DNA of 64,000 nt from a virus. The position numbers and the translations under genes were made by a program. The DNA lies in the IMG/VR virus record IMGVR_UViG_3300046328_000506, positions 66,172 through 130,171 of that record. One strand, written 5' to 3'. Positions 1-10,370 of the stretch are shown one piece after another (the stretch's first letter is position 1; each line of letters starts with the position of its first letter). The notes under the pieces are model-generated. The model saw nothing but the letters and a program-made list of their open reading frames with translations, was not told where the DNA came from and made no database searches.

Positions 1-148
1 CAGGACAAATTGTGTATACACACATCCCTCCCACTAAATCTCCTACTTCACAAGATTGTGTCGTAACAAATTTATCTGGGCAAGATAATGTTATTTCTTT
101 TGAAATTTCATCGTTCTCAAATGTTATATCACAATTTGAATTTATCAT
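1..148 (-). CDS. Partial Cys-rich protein, probably virion-associated; runs off the window start
   Basis: ATG at 148 overlaps the stop of the upstream ORF; reads MINSNCDITFENDEISKEITLSCPDKF..., open to position 1. Confidence 0.6.
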   Translation of the reverse strand, partial: MINSNCDITFENDEISKEITLSCPDKFVTTQSCEVGDLVGGMCVYTICP

Positions 149-1341
149 TGTATAGTAATTGTGTTTGTTAATGCGTTATATGTTGTTGTTACTAATGAAC
201 AAACGTCTGCTGCTGCATAAATTATTTCAACATACTTGTCTTCTGTAATTGCTGTTAATTGATATGTACCTGTTTGTGGGAATATGCTTGCAACATAACC
301 AGATATACTTAGTTGATTAAATGGAATAGCCACATTATTTACTCTGAATGACTGTATCGCATTAACTCCCGTTGATGTAAAGTCTACTGTAAAGTTACTA
401 CCATAAGATACTGTATTTGTACCTGAATCAGGTGATGTTCCGTTTGTTACACTCACTATTACTGTGAATGGTGCTGTTTGAACTGGTAATGTACTATTTA
501 TACTTCCAGCACAATTTGTAGCAGTTACTCTTACGGAATAATCTGAACTTGGGAGTAGTCCTGTAAATGTTCTTGTTAGTAATGTTTGTGTGTAGCTTTG
601 TACTACTACAGCATTTGAGATTAACTCTACTAAATATTGAACATCTGTTCCAACACTTACCCAAGTTACTGTTAAACCTGTTTGTGTTACAGCAGAAGGA
701 GTTAGTGTTAACGGTGTTGGGGCAGGTACAGCACAGCCTATCAACCTAAATTTAGCTACAACTTTGTGATTACATTCTACATCAGTAAATGCAACTGTGT
801 TTGTTGTAGGAATTATATACTCATCATCTTTTTGTAATGACATATAATCATACAATAGTACATCTGGATTAACGATGTTTAATGTATAATTACTATCTTT
901 TTCTATTAAGATATTAGATATTGTAGAAGTTATTAAATCCTCATCCCAAATCTGTATCTCATATTGTAGTAAATACTTATTATCTAAATCTTTTACGAAC
1001 TCTGTATTAATGTCAAAGTTTTTAAGTAGTTCTTTATGCGGTAAATTATGGCAAGCAAAACATTTTATTGCACAATCTAAACCATACTTAGTATAAATGT
1101 CTTTTATTTGCTCGTAAGTATAACAACAATCATTATTAATTATAAAATCTACTTTCTTTTTTATTTGTGTAAGTAGTTCTATTAAATAATAATAATCCAT
1201 TAAATGATTGTACTTGCAAGATTGGTTTACCCCAAAGTATTCTTTATACAACAAGGAACTAACCTGTTTGTAAACAATTGAGTGGATGTAATCGTAAGAT
1301 TTATTCCTTGATAATTGTATAGTAGAATATTGGGTTGTCAT
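145..1341 (-). CDS. Putative structural protein: Cys-rich helical N-terminus, fibronectin type III domain and Ig-like/B-repeat domains
   Basis: FN3 signature LTVTW...Y.VEL...FTGLLPSSDYSVRVTATNCAG; lies in the portal/terminase operon. Confidence 0.7.
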   Translation of the reverse strand: MTTQYSTIQLSRNKSYDYIHSIVYKQVSSLLYKEYFGVNQSCKYNHLMDYYYLIELLTQIKKKVDFIINNDCCYTYEQIKDIYTKYGLDCAIKCFACHNLPHKELLKNFDINTEFVKDLDNKYLLQYEIQIWDEDLITSTISNILIEKDSNYTLNIVNPDVLLYDYMSLQKDDEYIIPTTNTVAFTDVECNHKVVAKFRLIGCAVPAPTPLTLTPSAVTQTGLTVTWVSVGTDVQYLVELISNAVVVQSYTQTLLTRTFTGLLPSSDYSVRVTATNCAGSINSTLPVQTAPFTVIVSVTNGTSPDSGTNTVSYGSNFTVDFTSTGVNAIQSFRVNNVAIPFNQLSISGYVASIFPQTGTYQLTAITEDKYVEIIYAAADVCSLVTTTYNALTNTITIQ

Positions 1342-1690
1342 TACTACTTATTGTAGAAGTTGTTTGTTCTGTTGTAAAATCTATTATTTGATACGACATA
1401 GTTACAAAATCTATAAAAGAATCTTGTAATGGCTGTGTGGTAAAATCTACACAAATAAAATTACTTGTTGTAAAATCAATGTATGTATCTGTAATTGGTC
1501 TTGTTGTAAAGTCTACATAGGAATAATTACTTGATGTAAAATCTACAAAACTATATCCTACTGTTGTAAAATCTATATAGTTGTCTACAACAGACCTTGA
1601 TGTAAAATCTGTAATAGCTACTGTGGTTGTTGTGAAATCTAAAAAACCAGTAGCAAAGTTTGTTGTAAAATCTATATATGAATTTGGCAT
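1301..1690 (-). CDS. Hypothetical protein with 10 xxDFT[T/S]-type repeats
   Basis: Repeats visible in the translation (YIDFTT, FLDFTT, ITDFTS, FVDFTS, etc.); co-oriented with the operon. Confidence 0.7.
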   Translation of the reverse strand: MPNSYIDFTTNFATGFLDFTTTTVAITDFTSRSVVDNYIDFTTVGYSFVDFTSSNYSYVDFTTRPITDTYIDFTTSNFICVDFTTQPLQDSFIDFVTMSYQIIDFTTEQTTSTISSNDNPIFYYTIIKE

Positions 1691-1722
1691 TTATTTATTG
1701 TGTTTATTTTATAAACAGGTTA

Positions 1723-2502
1723 TTAATAATCACCATTGTTTACTGTAGCGTAAGGCATATTTGTTGTAATGTTTATATCAGGTAATGTTTCTGTAACAAT
1801 CAATCTAAATCTTGAAAATACAGAAAGATTAGAACCAGTTGCGCCATAAGGATTTAATTTATACCAAATATAGCTTGGAAGGTCTCCACTTGTAGGAAAA
1901 TAATTACCAGACGGAAGTGTTGCTTGTGTAAACACATTTAATCTTTCAATTGTAGTATTAATTACAGTAGTGCCTGGAGATGTGCCAGGAAGATTACTTG
2001 TAGATACTTGTCCTAATTGCACGTATGCCGTATCTGTGTTAGATGATACTAATGCTCCATTTGGGTTTCTTAGGTAAGAAACTCTTGGAATAGTACGAGT
2101 TACACTATCTACAACTATTACAGGAACTCTTACTAATATGTCTTGCTCAATCAACACACCATCAGCTAATGTTTTTCTTAAATAAGAAATGCCAGCAGTA
2201 GTTGCATAAGCTCCACCAGCTTCTAATACAAGATTTAAGTTATCTGTAATACTAAGAACTTTACCCAAATAAACTGGCGGTGAAGCATTGCTATATAAAT
2301 AACTACCTACAGCTAATTCTACTGTAAATAAAGTACCTACACCCACTACGGCTGTATTACCAGAGTTTGTTGTAATTGTTCCTGTTGTAACAGATACTGC
2401 TCCAAGAGCTTCTGTGGGAGTGCCTACACCAGAATTACTTGTAGCTATTGCTAAATTATTAGCATTTGATTTATAATAAGTTGTATTTGAAAATACTGCC
2501 AT
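1723..2502 (-). CDS. Putative virion structural protein (tail-associated beta domain)
   Basis: GTITTNSGNTAVVGVGTLFT...VLSITDNLNLVL resembles motifs in phage tail and fibre proteins; T/S/G-rich. Confidence 0.55.
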   Translation of the reverse strand: MAVFSNTTYYKSNANNLAIATSNSGVGTPTEALGAVSVTTGTITTNSGNTAVVGVGTLFTVELAVGSYLYSNASPPVYLGKVLSITDNLNLVLEAGGAYATTAGISYLRKTLADGVLIEQDILVRVPVIVVDSVTRTIPRVSYLRNPNGALVSSNTDTAYVQLGQVSTSNLPGTSPGTTVINTTIERLNVFTQATLPSGNYFPTSGDLPSYIWYKLNPYGATGSNLSVFSRFRLIVTETLPDINITTNMPYATVNNGDY

Positions 2503-2529
2503 TTTATTTTTTGTTTGTTAGTTTAATCG

Positions 2530-3738
2530 TTATTTGCACCCACAACCACAATCAGAATTTGTTTTTCCTGCTGATACGCAATTATCACAAATCTCTAATA
2601 TTTTATTGTAGATGTCATCTATTTGGTATAGTTCTTTCAGTCTATTTGAATAGTCAAGAAGTTTGTTATCTGGAAATAAATCATAAGACTTACCTTCCAT
2701 TTCTTCATCAATCCATTTGTAATAAAGCTGAGATAGTAACATTATCTTGTTTAGCTTCTCTCTATTCTTCTCCCCTTCTTTTCCTGGACATTCTTTACAA
2801 CTTTCACTACATAATATGCTTTGAATTAAAGAGTTCATACAATCATCTATCTTACAGAATAAATACCACAATCTTGTTTTTTCAAAGTTATCAATATCTG
2901 TATATCTTATCTCAAATACACCATCTTTACTATGCGTAACTGTTTGTGATGAATTTGCAGGTAAGATACCTTCTATTGTTGTAAATGTATTTACTTGTGG
3001 GTATAGTTGAGTTATTGTGTAAGGTATTGTTTCTGTTGTAGAGTAATTATACAATGTATACTTACCACATTCACAGCAATCTGCTTTTATTTCTAATGGT
3101 GCACATACATTAATTGTGATGTATTTAGATACTGTAGTGCAACAGTTTTGTACTGTTACTAATAATAAATACGAACCATTTTTATCAAATGTAGCTGTCC
3201 AAGTTTCTGTCGTTAGTGGTGTAGGTATTGTTGTACCTAATAATAAACTTCCAGAAGGTTTTTCGATAATGTCAATTACCAATTCAGAAGTTAAAGCTCC
3301 ACAAACATTTGAATTTAAAGCTGTTATAAAACTTAGTTCATACTCGTTGCCTTGAATTAAACAGTCTTCAAATCCTTGAACATTTAATTCTGGAGTCCAC
3401 TCTAATATTGTTATTGTTTCAGTTCTATCTGATTGATATATAATAGGACTTACTCCACCACAATTAGGTATTTCTCTAATGGTTAGTAATTGCCTTACTG
3501 TGTAAGTTGCTGCACTACAAAAATCATAATAAAAAGAAGAACCTTTTGCTGTTTCCCCAATCTTTTTTTCTGTAGTATCAGGATAGACAATAAAATATTC
3601 AACTCTACCCCTATCATATTCTGGAGGAGTAATTGTTGTTGTATCTACAATTAAAGTATTATAACTACACGTTTGCTGTGTAATTGTAAAATCTTGGTTA
3701 ATTGTTTCCCCAGTTATATTGTCTATTATTATTGCCAT
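2530..3738 (-). CDS. Putative structural protein with PKD/Ig-like domains and a Cys-rich C-terminus
   Basis: F.K.GSY.L.VTVQNCC PKD-like motif; ends SDCGCGCK; downstream of portal. Confidence 0.6.
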   Translation of the reverse strand: MAIIIDNITGETINQDFTITQQTCSYNTLIVDTTTITPPEYDRGRVEYFIVYPDTTEKKIGETAKGSSFYYDFCSAATYTVRQLLTIREIPNCGGVSPIIYQSDRTETITILEWTPELNVQGFEDCLIQGNEYELSFITALNSNVCGALTSELVIDIIEKPSGSLLLGTTIPTPLTTETWTATFDKNGSYLLLVTVQNCCTTVSKYITINVCAPLEIKADCCECGKYTLYNYSTTETIPYTITQLYPQVNTFTTIEGILPANSSQTVTHSKDGVFEIRYTDIDNFEKTRLWYLFCKIDDCMNSLIQSILCSESCKECPGKEGEKNREKLNKIMLLSQLYYKWIDEEMEGKSYDLFPDNKLLDYSNRLKELYQIDDIYNKILEICDNCVSAGKTNSDCGCGCK

Positions 3739-4187
3739 TAGTTTGTTGTTGTACGTAATAATCCTTTATCAATCATTACAACATAATCATATATTGTAAA
3801 ATCAAGAAAGAATTTATTATCTTTTTGTGCTTTATAAAAGTTTATATATGTTGAGATTTTAAATTCATCATTACCAAATAAAATTGAATACTTTGGTAAG
3901 GTAAACATATTTTCTTCAATATATACAATATTTTTTCTATCGTATTTTATTGGAATAAGTAAAGATAGTTGTTTTTCTCCTGCTTGTTGAAAACTTAATC
4001 GTGATTTATCATCACATTCTAACTTTATTATCTTCTTTACTTTTTGTATGTAAACATTTCTTTCTTTTTCTGCTCGTCTTCTATCTTGAAAACGACCTGG
4101 TATAATAAAAGTCTTCTCATACTCAGTACCTTTAAACACCACTTCTTCTTTCCTGAAGTTCTTCTTTCTCTTATATTCGTTATTCAT
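3738..4187 (-). CDS. Hypothetical basic protein
   Basis: 149-aa ORF translationally coupled to the downstream gene. Confidence 0.6.
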   Translation of the reverse strand: MNNEYKRKKNFRKEEVVFKGTEYEKTFIIPGRFQDRRRAEKERNVYIQKVKKIIKLECDDKSRLSFQQAGEKQLSLLIPIKYDRKNIVYIEENMFTLPKYSILFGNDEFKISTYINFYKAQKDNKFFLDFTIYDYVVMIDKGLLRTTTN

Positions 4188-4211
4188 CTTTATTGTTTAC
4201 TAAGATACCAT

Positions 4212-6554
4212 TTAAGTTAGTTTATTTGCTACTTTATCATCTTTTGTATTAACCGTATCTAACACTTGTAATTGCTCAAGTTTAGTTCTTTGTTCAATTA
4301 ATTCATTTTTCTTATCTTCAAATTTTTTCTTTTGTTCTAATTCTTGTAATTTCAGTTGATAGTCTTTCTCTTTGTACTCTTTATCTTGCTTTAATTTATC
4401 TTGGTCAAAGGTAGAAGCTATCTTTTGTACTTTTTGTAATTCAGTTTCCATTTGCTTCAACTGTTCTTGCAACTGTTGATTTTGTTGTGATAACTGACTT
4501 ACCTGTTCGTTCTCTTTACTATTTAATTTTTCTTCTAACTTTTTCTTAGCTTCAGATAAAGATGTTGTTAAAGATATATCTAATGCTGTATAAATATCTA
4601 TTAGTTGTGCCTGTAATGCTTGTGAAGTCATTTGTTTAATTATTTCTAATTGCTTATGTTCTTCTGTTGCATCACTTATAAATATATTGTAATCAGCTAT
4701 TGAGAATTTATCACCATCAATACTAAATATCTTTTGACCATACTCCCCTAATATATATGAAGCATGTTTACCTTTACTATACGCTATCCTTGAAGTATTT
4801 ACTAATTGTGTAAATAAATGCTTACACATTAATCCAATTTGAAAGTACAAAGGTTTATTTACAATTGCCCCTTGTTTAATAGCTTGCAATGTATTGCCAA
4901 CTAAATCTTGTTGCTCTACTTCCCCCTCAGCTTGTCTTGGTACACCTGTAATTTTCCTACTTCTTTCTTCTAATTCATTTATAGCATAATCTAATGCTTG
5001 TAATAAATCTCCTTTTAAGTTACTTTCATATCCCCCAAATGTCTGACCCCCAGATAGTTCTGCTCCTTCTTGTGCTGTATTAATCCAAGCAATGCCACCA
5101 TCTTTCTTCATACCAATCCACTTCTCTATTCTTTTATAGAAATCTCCATCTATCTCATTTGGTATTTGTGCTATGTTCAAATACATACCACCTGGCTCTA
5201 TTTTAGGGTATATACTATTTTTTACATAATTAAGCAAATCATAATCATCTTGCATATCTTTTGTAGATAAGATTAATGATAATGGTTTACCATCTAATTC
5301 TTCATTGCAAAAACCATCGTAAGATAAAGTACATTTATAAGGTTCTTGATTTGTTCTTGATACATACTTAGATTTTCCCATAATAGGAAATATATTATTA
5401 CCAATTCGTACACACTCATATCTATCATTTCTATATCTTTTTATTTCTTCATATTCTTCTCTATCTGTACCCGTTTCAACTCTTTGTAAATCTTGTATCA
5501 TCTCACCATCTGAAATTACTACAGGATTAGAGCTAATCCATTCTACGTGATATACGTTTATCTCTTGCCTAAGTACGTTATTCGGAACCATATTCCCGTT
5601 TTGGGTATTTAATGGATACCCTCTTAGGTTTTGATTGTATGTAGGATTGTAGTAATTACCTAATTGTGAGTAGTTTGTCCAGCTATATAGTTCTTCTATA
5701 TCTCCATCTTGTAATAAATGACCGTATTCTTGTAAAACTTGTTGTTTAGTCATACGTTCTACATAAACACATCTATCAGCATTTCTTACCCATTTTTGTC
5801 CAGATGCTTTGTTATAATAGAAAAATCTTGGGTCTATTCTTTTTACAATAGGGTCTACACCAACTTCTGTAATGTAAGTTCTCCAATAGCTACAACCACC
5901 TACAAAATAATCTTCAACAAGCCACCTAATAATATCTTTTAAATCTTTTGCTTGTTTATAATATTCAATAACATCATAAGCACACATCTCTAAATCTGTT
6001 TTATAGTGTGTTTTATAATAAGATTGGAGTTGCTTAATTTGTTTTTCTAATAGTTCTTGTGATTCTTTCCCACCAGATAACAATGAAGCATTATAATTAT
6101 TAATAGATTCAAGTACCTTTTTAATAACTTCATTTTTCTTTGTTTGCTCTATATAATCTAATGCTTCTTTGTTATTACAGGTAGGTTGGTAAGGTATATC
6201 ATTTTCTAAAAACTTACCAATGAGGTATTGTATTTGAGTTTTAATAAGCGGGTAAAATGGCACATCTTTTGGATTACCTACACCATAATTTTCAGTAAGC
6301 CAAGCAAACTCTCTTTTATCTCTTTTTAAATTATACATATTGTAAGCCAATGTGAGTTCTTTTTTCTCATTAGTTACAAGTTGTGTGATAATTGTGTTTG
6401 CAGTAGATTTTAGATAGTCCTCTGAAAGTTTGTCTTCTTCTGACAAATCATATTCATTGAAAAATCTATTAGCATGACTACCCTGTGCTGTTACATTAGG
6501 GTAAGCATCATAGCTTAATTGTTTACCTGTCTTACTTACTTTTTTTAATTGCAT
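4212..6554 (-). CDS. Portal protein (crAss-like)
   Basis: 780 aa; YPLIKTQIQYLIG, RIDP and ITGVPRQAEG motifs; long C-terminal coiled coil; near the large terminase. Confidence 0.9.
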   Translation of the reverse strand: MQLKKVSKTGKQLSYDAYPNVTAQGSHANRFFNEYDLSEEDKLSEDYLKSTANTIITQLVTNEKKELTLAYNMYNLKRDKREFAWLTENYGVGNPKDVPFYPLIKTQIQYLIGKFLENDIPYQPTCNNKEALDYIEQTKKNEVIKKVLESINNYNASLLSGGKESQELLEKQIKQLQSYYKTHYKTDLEMCAYDVIEYYKQAKDLKDIIRWLVEDYFVGGCSYWRTYITEVGVDPIVKRIDPRFFYYNKASGQKWVRNADRCVYVERMTKQQVLQEYGHLLQDGDIEELYSWTNYSQLGNYYNPTYNQNLRGYPLNTQNGNMVPNNVLRQEINVYHVEWISSNPVVISDGEMIQDLQRVETGTDREEYEEIKRYRNDRYECVRIGNNIFPIMGKSKYVSRTNQEPYKCTLSYDGFCNEELDGKPLSLILSTKDMQDDYDLLNYVKNSIYPKIEPGGMYLNIAQIPNEIDGDFYKRIEKWIGMKKDGGIAWINTAQEGAELSGGQTFGGYESNLKGDLLQALDYAINELEERSRKITGVPRQAEGEVEQQDLVGNTLQAIKQGAIVNKPLYFQIGLMCKHLFTQLVNTSRIAYSKGKHASYILGEYGQKIFSIDGDKFSIADYNIFISDATEEHKQLEIIKQMTSQALQAQLIDIYTALDISLTTSLSEAKKKLEEKLNSKENEQVSQLSQQNQQLQEQLKQMETELQKVQKIASTFDQDKLKQDKEYKEKDYQLKLQELEQKKKFEDKKNELIEQRTKLEQLQVLDTVNTKDDKVANKLT

Positions 6555-6555
6555 C

Positions 6556-7035
6556 TTAACTTAATTCCCTCAATTTATATAGCGTTTGATATATAAAGCC
6601 TATAATTTCTTCAATACGATTTTTTAAATGTCCTGGAAGTGTTTCTGCATGAGTTTCAGAAATAGTTGCTAAGTGTGTAAAATAATCCAGTACAGTTTGT
6701 TTATTGTACGCTAAAAAATCAAATGCTTCTGTAAGTCTAATTAAACCAAACCTACCCTGATATTCTTCAGCAAATAAATCTAATAGTTCTGGCATCCCTA
6801 TATAATAATCACTAAACGCACCATGTTGAGCATAAGAGTTTGTTGCATGATGCCACACATGAGCTTGTGTAATACTCATTCTCAATAAAGATATAATCTC
6901 TTCGCAACTCATTTCTCCACCACTTTCTTCATACATCTCTTCTTGGGCATTCTCTATTTGTGGTTCTTGTGTAGGTAGCATAGCTCCTTCTTGTGCTTTG
7001 ACTATTTTTGTGTTATTTTTAAATTCTTTTTTCAT
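6556..7035 (-). CDS. Ferritin/Dps-like four-helix protein (DUF5856-like) with an N-terminal KAQEG leader
   Basis: QAHVWHHATNSYAQHGAFSDYY...LDLFAEEYQGRFG...TLYKL; probable start MKKEFK at 7035. Confidence 0.75.
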   Translation of the reverse strand: MKKEFKNNTKIVKAQEGAMLPTQEPQIENAQEEMYEESGGEMSCEEIISLLRMSITQAHVWHHATNSYAQHGAFSDYYIGMPELLDLFAEEYQGRFGLIRLTEAFDFLAYNKQTVLDYFTHLATISETHAETLPGHLKNRIEEIIGFIYQTLYKLRELS

Positions 7036-7039
7036 TGCA

Positions 7040-7375
7040 TTAGTTTTGATTATTTGATAAATTCTCTGAAAAATATGCTGTATTACCAATTCTATATTGT
7101 ATTCTTTTCTTTTCTAAATTTGGTAATAAATATTTTGTAAATGTATTGTATGAATTTTCTTTTGTAGTATCACCAAAATCAAAACTAAATGTAAAATATG
7201 GAGCTAATTGAAAATCAACATAAAGTATGTACGTATACCAATCTACTTTATCTGTTGGGATTTCATAAAAAAAATATTCAAATTGTGAATAGTAAGTTTC
7301 CCCAAAATAATCTTTTAGAAAACAAAGAACTGTATCTGGTATTGGTGTAATTAAATTCCTTGTTGTTCTTATCAT
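7040..7375 (-). CDS. Hypothetical protein
   Basis: Start overlaps the terminase stop (ATGA coupling). Confidence 0.6.
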   Translation of the reverse strand: MIRTTRNLITPIPDTVLCFLKDYFGETYYSQFEYFFYEIPTDKVDWYTYILYVDFQLAPYFTFSFDFGDTTKENSYNTFTKYLLPNLEKKRIQYRIGNTAYFSENLSNNQN

Positions 7376-9576
7376 TTGTATACTATCTTTTGATTGGTGA
7401 TGTCATAGTAGTCCACCGACTTGTAATTGTTTTGCAAATTTAATAATTCTTTTTCTCTTTCTAAGTTAGTCCTTACTTTACGCTTAAATCCCGTCATTGG
7501 GTCAATCTCCCACTTATATTCTATTGTAACTTTTTCTTTTTTGTTTGAATCTCTTGCTAATATATCTCTCCACTCATCATCTAATATTTCTACCATTAAC
7601 ATAGCTGCATGAATATCAAACTTAGATTTGTTTTCCCTTGTAAATTCTACTAATTGAGATACGTGTTGTTCTATGTGCATATTCTCAACATAGTCATTTA
7701 TATACTCCTCAATCTTTTTAATACCATAATCTAATACTTTTGTAGACATTTGTGTACCTTTCCTACCCCTTAACTGTTTAGCATTTAGATTATCATTTAC
7801 ATTTGTAGGTCTATCCCCTAAATATTTCTCAAACCCATATCGTTCAAAGTGTTGTATTATACCAATCTTTGTATATTCAAGATTCATCATAGCATGGTAA
7901 TACAAAGTAAGTTTTAAAGCATTATCCCAATTCTCCCTTACATCATTTCTACTCCTTTGATTATACAATGCTACGTATATGTTATTGTGGTCTGTAACAC
8001 CTTTATTTGGATTAATTCTCTTTTTAACCAACATAGCTAACTTAGAACCTCCAAGTGTGTTAGAATCACCGTCTGATTGGTCTATACTATCACAACCTGA
8101 TACATATAACTTATCTATTTTAGGTTGCTTAAAATATGTAATTCTATTACCTTCTTCTGTCCAATCTGGGTGTAATACTATTTCTACATCACCTTGTGGA
8201 TGTGCTTCAAATTTTACTCCAACCAAACTTCTTCTATCAGTTTCATCCTTAACCCAATGTAAATAACCTTTTTCAACTTTCATTCCAATCTTTTTAACTT
8301 TTACATCAATTAGTTGTTTTGAAAGTGCTGGAGATTGGTATTCTCTACCATGCGTTTTTACTAATGCTTCATCTATTGTAAAAGGATTATCTGCAAAAAA
8401 AGCTGTAGCATCTCCTACATCTTGTCCTTTAAGCATTATACTTCTTTCTTTTTCTGTATGTTGTATGCACTCCCTTACTTTAGGATTGCCATCTTTATCA
8501 ATAAATTTAGCTTGCCCCATATAGCAAGGTATAAACCAACCTGTTCCTGGTTCATCACTATCTCTTGGCAAAATTAATTTGGTAGGGTCTAATTCGTAGT
8601 TTTCTAATTTAAGTATATCTTCTTCTGTCTGTGGAAATATCCAATTATTTCTAAACTTAACCATATTGTAGGCAGAAGGATGTAATATCATTTTTTTTAA
8701 CCCTTCTATGTAATTAACTTTTTCGTTAGCTGTACCACCTATAATTAAGTTACCTATACAAATACCACTTCGTTCTATATTACCTCTTAATATGTTTACT
8801 GCTTTTTGAGAGTCTTTAAATGCACCACCCTCGTCTAATATAGCCCAATTTAATGTACCGCCACGAACATCATCTGGTGAAGTTACAATGTTAGCTGCTA
8901 TATGACCACCTGTTTGTATATTGTCGTTAGCTTTTGTTTTCTTACCAGCAATCCTTTCATCTTCTGTATTCTTTACTTGATGAAGATGTTTCATTGCTCC
9001 TTGTGTATTAGCATTAACAAAATCTATTTTCTTTTTAACTAAATCGAATACACCTTTACCAAATAGATAATCTCTATCCCCAGCATAATAAAATATAGTC
9101 TTAAAGATTTTATTATTGTTACTATCTCTTTCTACAAGTGCATAATCCCTTGTACCAAGTGCTGATATAATCTCTGAGAAACCACAACCCCTTACTTTTA
9201 TTACACCTAAATGCTGACCATTTTTTTGACAATAATCTATAATTTGAAATAACTGCCAATGTGGTAGCCAAAACTTAGGAAAAGCTGTAATGTTCTTAGC
9301 TCCATTCTCATTAGAATCAGCTATCTTCATTGGGGTATAGTTTAACATAAAGTAATAGTAGCCTGTTATAGTTACTTCCCCAATAGTTACTCCTTCAAAA
9401 CATTTACGTCTTTCTTCTACCCAAAAATCTACCCAGTCTTTTGATTTAATAGGAAAATCACAATACTTACCATCTTTGAGAAACTTGTTTGCAGCCTCTG
9501 AAAAATGATAAGTATTGCGAAATTTATTACCATCAATATATGGTAAACCTTTTTTTATAATTTGTTCCCTATTCAA
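7372..9576 (-). CDS. terL: Terminase large subunit
   Basis: ITGYYYFMLNY; Walker A-like KVRGCGFSE; Walker B WAILDEGG; GGTAN coupling motif; nuclease GCDSID. Confidence 0.93.
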   Translation of the reverse strand: MNREQIIKKGLPYIDGNKFRNTYHFSEAANKFLKDGKYCDFPIKSKDWVDFWVEERRKCFEGVTIGEVTITGYYYFMLNYTPMKIADSNENGAKNITAFPKFWLPHWQLFQIIDYCQKNGQHLGVIKVRGCGFSEIISALGTRDYALVERDSNNNKIFKTIFYYAGDRDYLFGKGVFDLVKKKIDFVNANTQGAMKHLHQVKNTEDERIAGKKTKANDNIQTGGHIAANIVTSPDDVRGGTLNWAILDEGGAFKDSQKAVNILRGNIERSGICIGNLIIGGTANEKVNYIEGLKKMILHPSAYNMVKFRNNWIFPQTEEDILKLENYELDPTKLILPRDSDEPGTGWFIPCYMGQAKFIDKDGNPKVRECIQHTEKERSIMLKGQDVGDATAFFADNPFTIDEALVKTHGREYQSPALSKQLIDVKVKKIGMKVEKGYLHWVKDETDRRSLVGVKFEAHPQGDVEIVLHPDWTEEGNRITYFKQPKIDKLYVSGCDSIDQSDGDSNTLGGSKLAMLVKKRINPNKGVTDHNNIYVALYNQRSRNDVRENWDNALKLTLYYHAMMNLEYTKIGIIQHFERYGFEKYLGDRPTNVNDNLNAKQLRGRKGTQMSTKVLDYGIKKIEEYINDYVENMHIEQHVSQLVEFTRENKSKFDIHAAMLMVEILDDEWRDILARDSNKKEKVTIEYKWEIDPMTGFKRKVRTNLEREKELLNLQNNYKSVDYYDITNQKIVYK

Positions 9577-9788
9577 TTTAATTTAAACTTACTCTCTATA
9601 ACACTAATTATTCTGTAAAATAAAAAAGCATTTGTAAATGTTAGTATTGCCCAAACTGTTCCTAATATTGTATTACTATTAACCACAGGATTATACCTAA
9701 ACCAAAATAATAAATAAGAACATTCAACTATTGCAAATAAAAAACCAACCACTAACACAAAAAATACTTTAAACCAATCTATTCTCAT
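9573..9788 (-). CDS. Small two-TM membrane protein
   Basis: Two hydrophobic segments in 71 aa. Confidence 0.55.
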   Translation of the reverse strand: MRIDWFKVFFVLVVGFLFAIVECSYLLFWFRYNPVVNSNTILGTVWAILTFTNAFLFYRIISVIESKFKLN

Positions 9789-9802
9789 TTAAGTATGGGT
9801 TT

Positions 9803-10363
9803 TTAATTATTAAAATATCCGTCTTCTTGGTCTCCCCGAATGTCTCCTTCTGATTTCATTTCTTCTTTAAATATCTTTCTCAAATTTTGTGCTTTAATAA
9901 TAAGTTCTTCCATTTGTTTTACTGTATCCCTACCTTCCTTTACAGAATTAACTAATCTTCCAGCATTTGCTCCTCTTTCTATAATTGTTGTAAAGTTTAC
10001 AGTTTCACAATATTCAGATAAAGAATCTAACAATTTCCAAGTAGATTTTATATAGCGAATAATCCTATTTGAATTTACTATTTTTTCATATTCTGCTTTT
10101 GCTAATTTTAACAAATTATTTTCTAAATCTTTATTTGTTAATTCAGCACTCTTTAAAGCAGATTCTTCTTTATCTTTATCTGAGAAGTCAGCATAAGGAC
10201 TTTGTAAATCTAACAATAAATAAAGATATAAATAATACTTAAACGCTTTCTCTTTATTCTTTGTCTTATCATCTTCCCAAATATCTCTAAATTCTTTGAC
10301 TGAAAGAAATTTTACTGGGTCATCAAAAGTTATTTTGAAATTTTCGTATGCTAATAGTTTCAT
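9803..10363 (-). CDS. Conserved crAss-like protein upstream of TerL; candidate small terminase
   Basis: Helical 186-aa ORF (EFRDIWEDDKTKNKEKA...SPY, C-terminal IRG); assignment is positional inference. Confidence 0.5.
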   Translation of the reverse strand: MKLLAYENFKITFDDPVKFLSVKEFRDIWEDDKTKNKEKAFKYYLYLYLLLDLQSPYADFSDKDKEESALKSAELTNKDLENNLLKLAKAEYEKIVNSNRIIRYIKSTWKLLDSLSEYCETVNFTTIIERGANAGRLVNSVKEGRDTVKQMEELIIKAQNLRKIFKEEMKSEGDIRGDQEDGYFNN

Positions 10364-10370
10364 TCTATAC

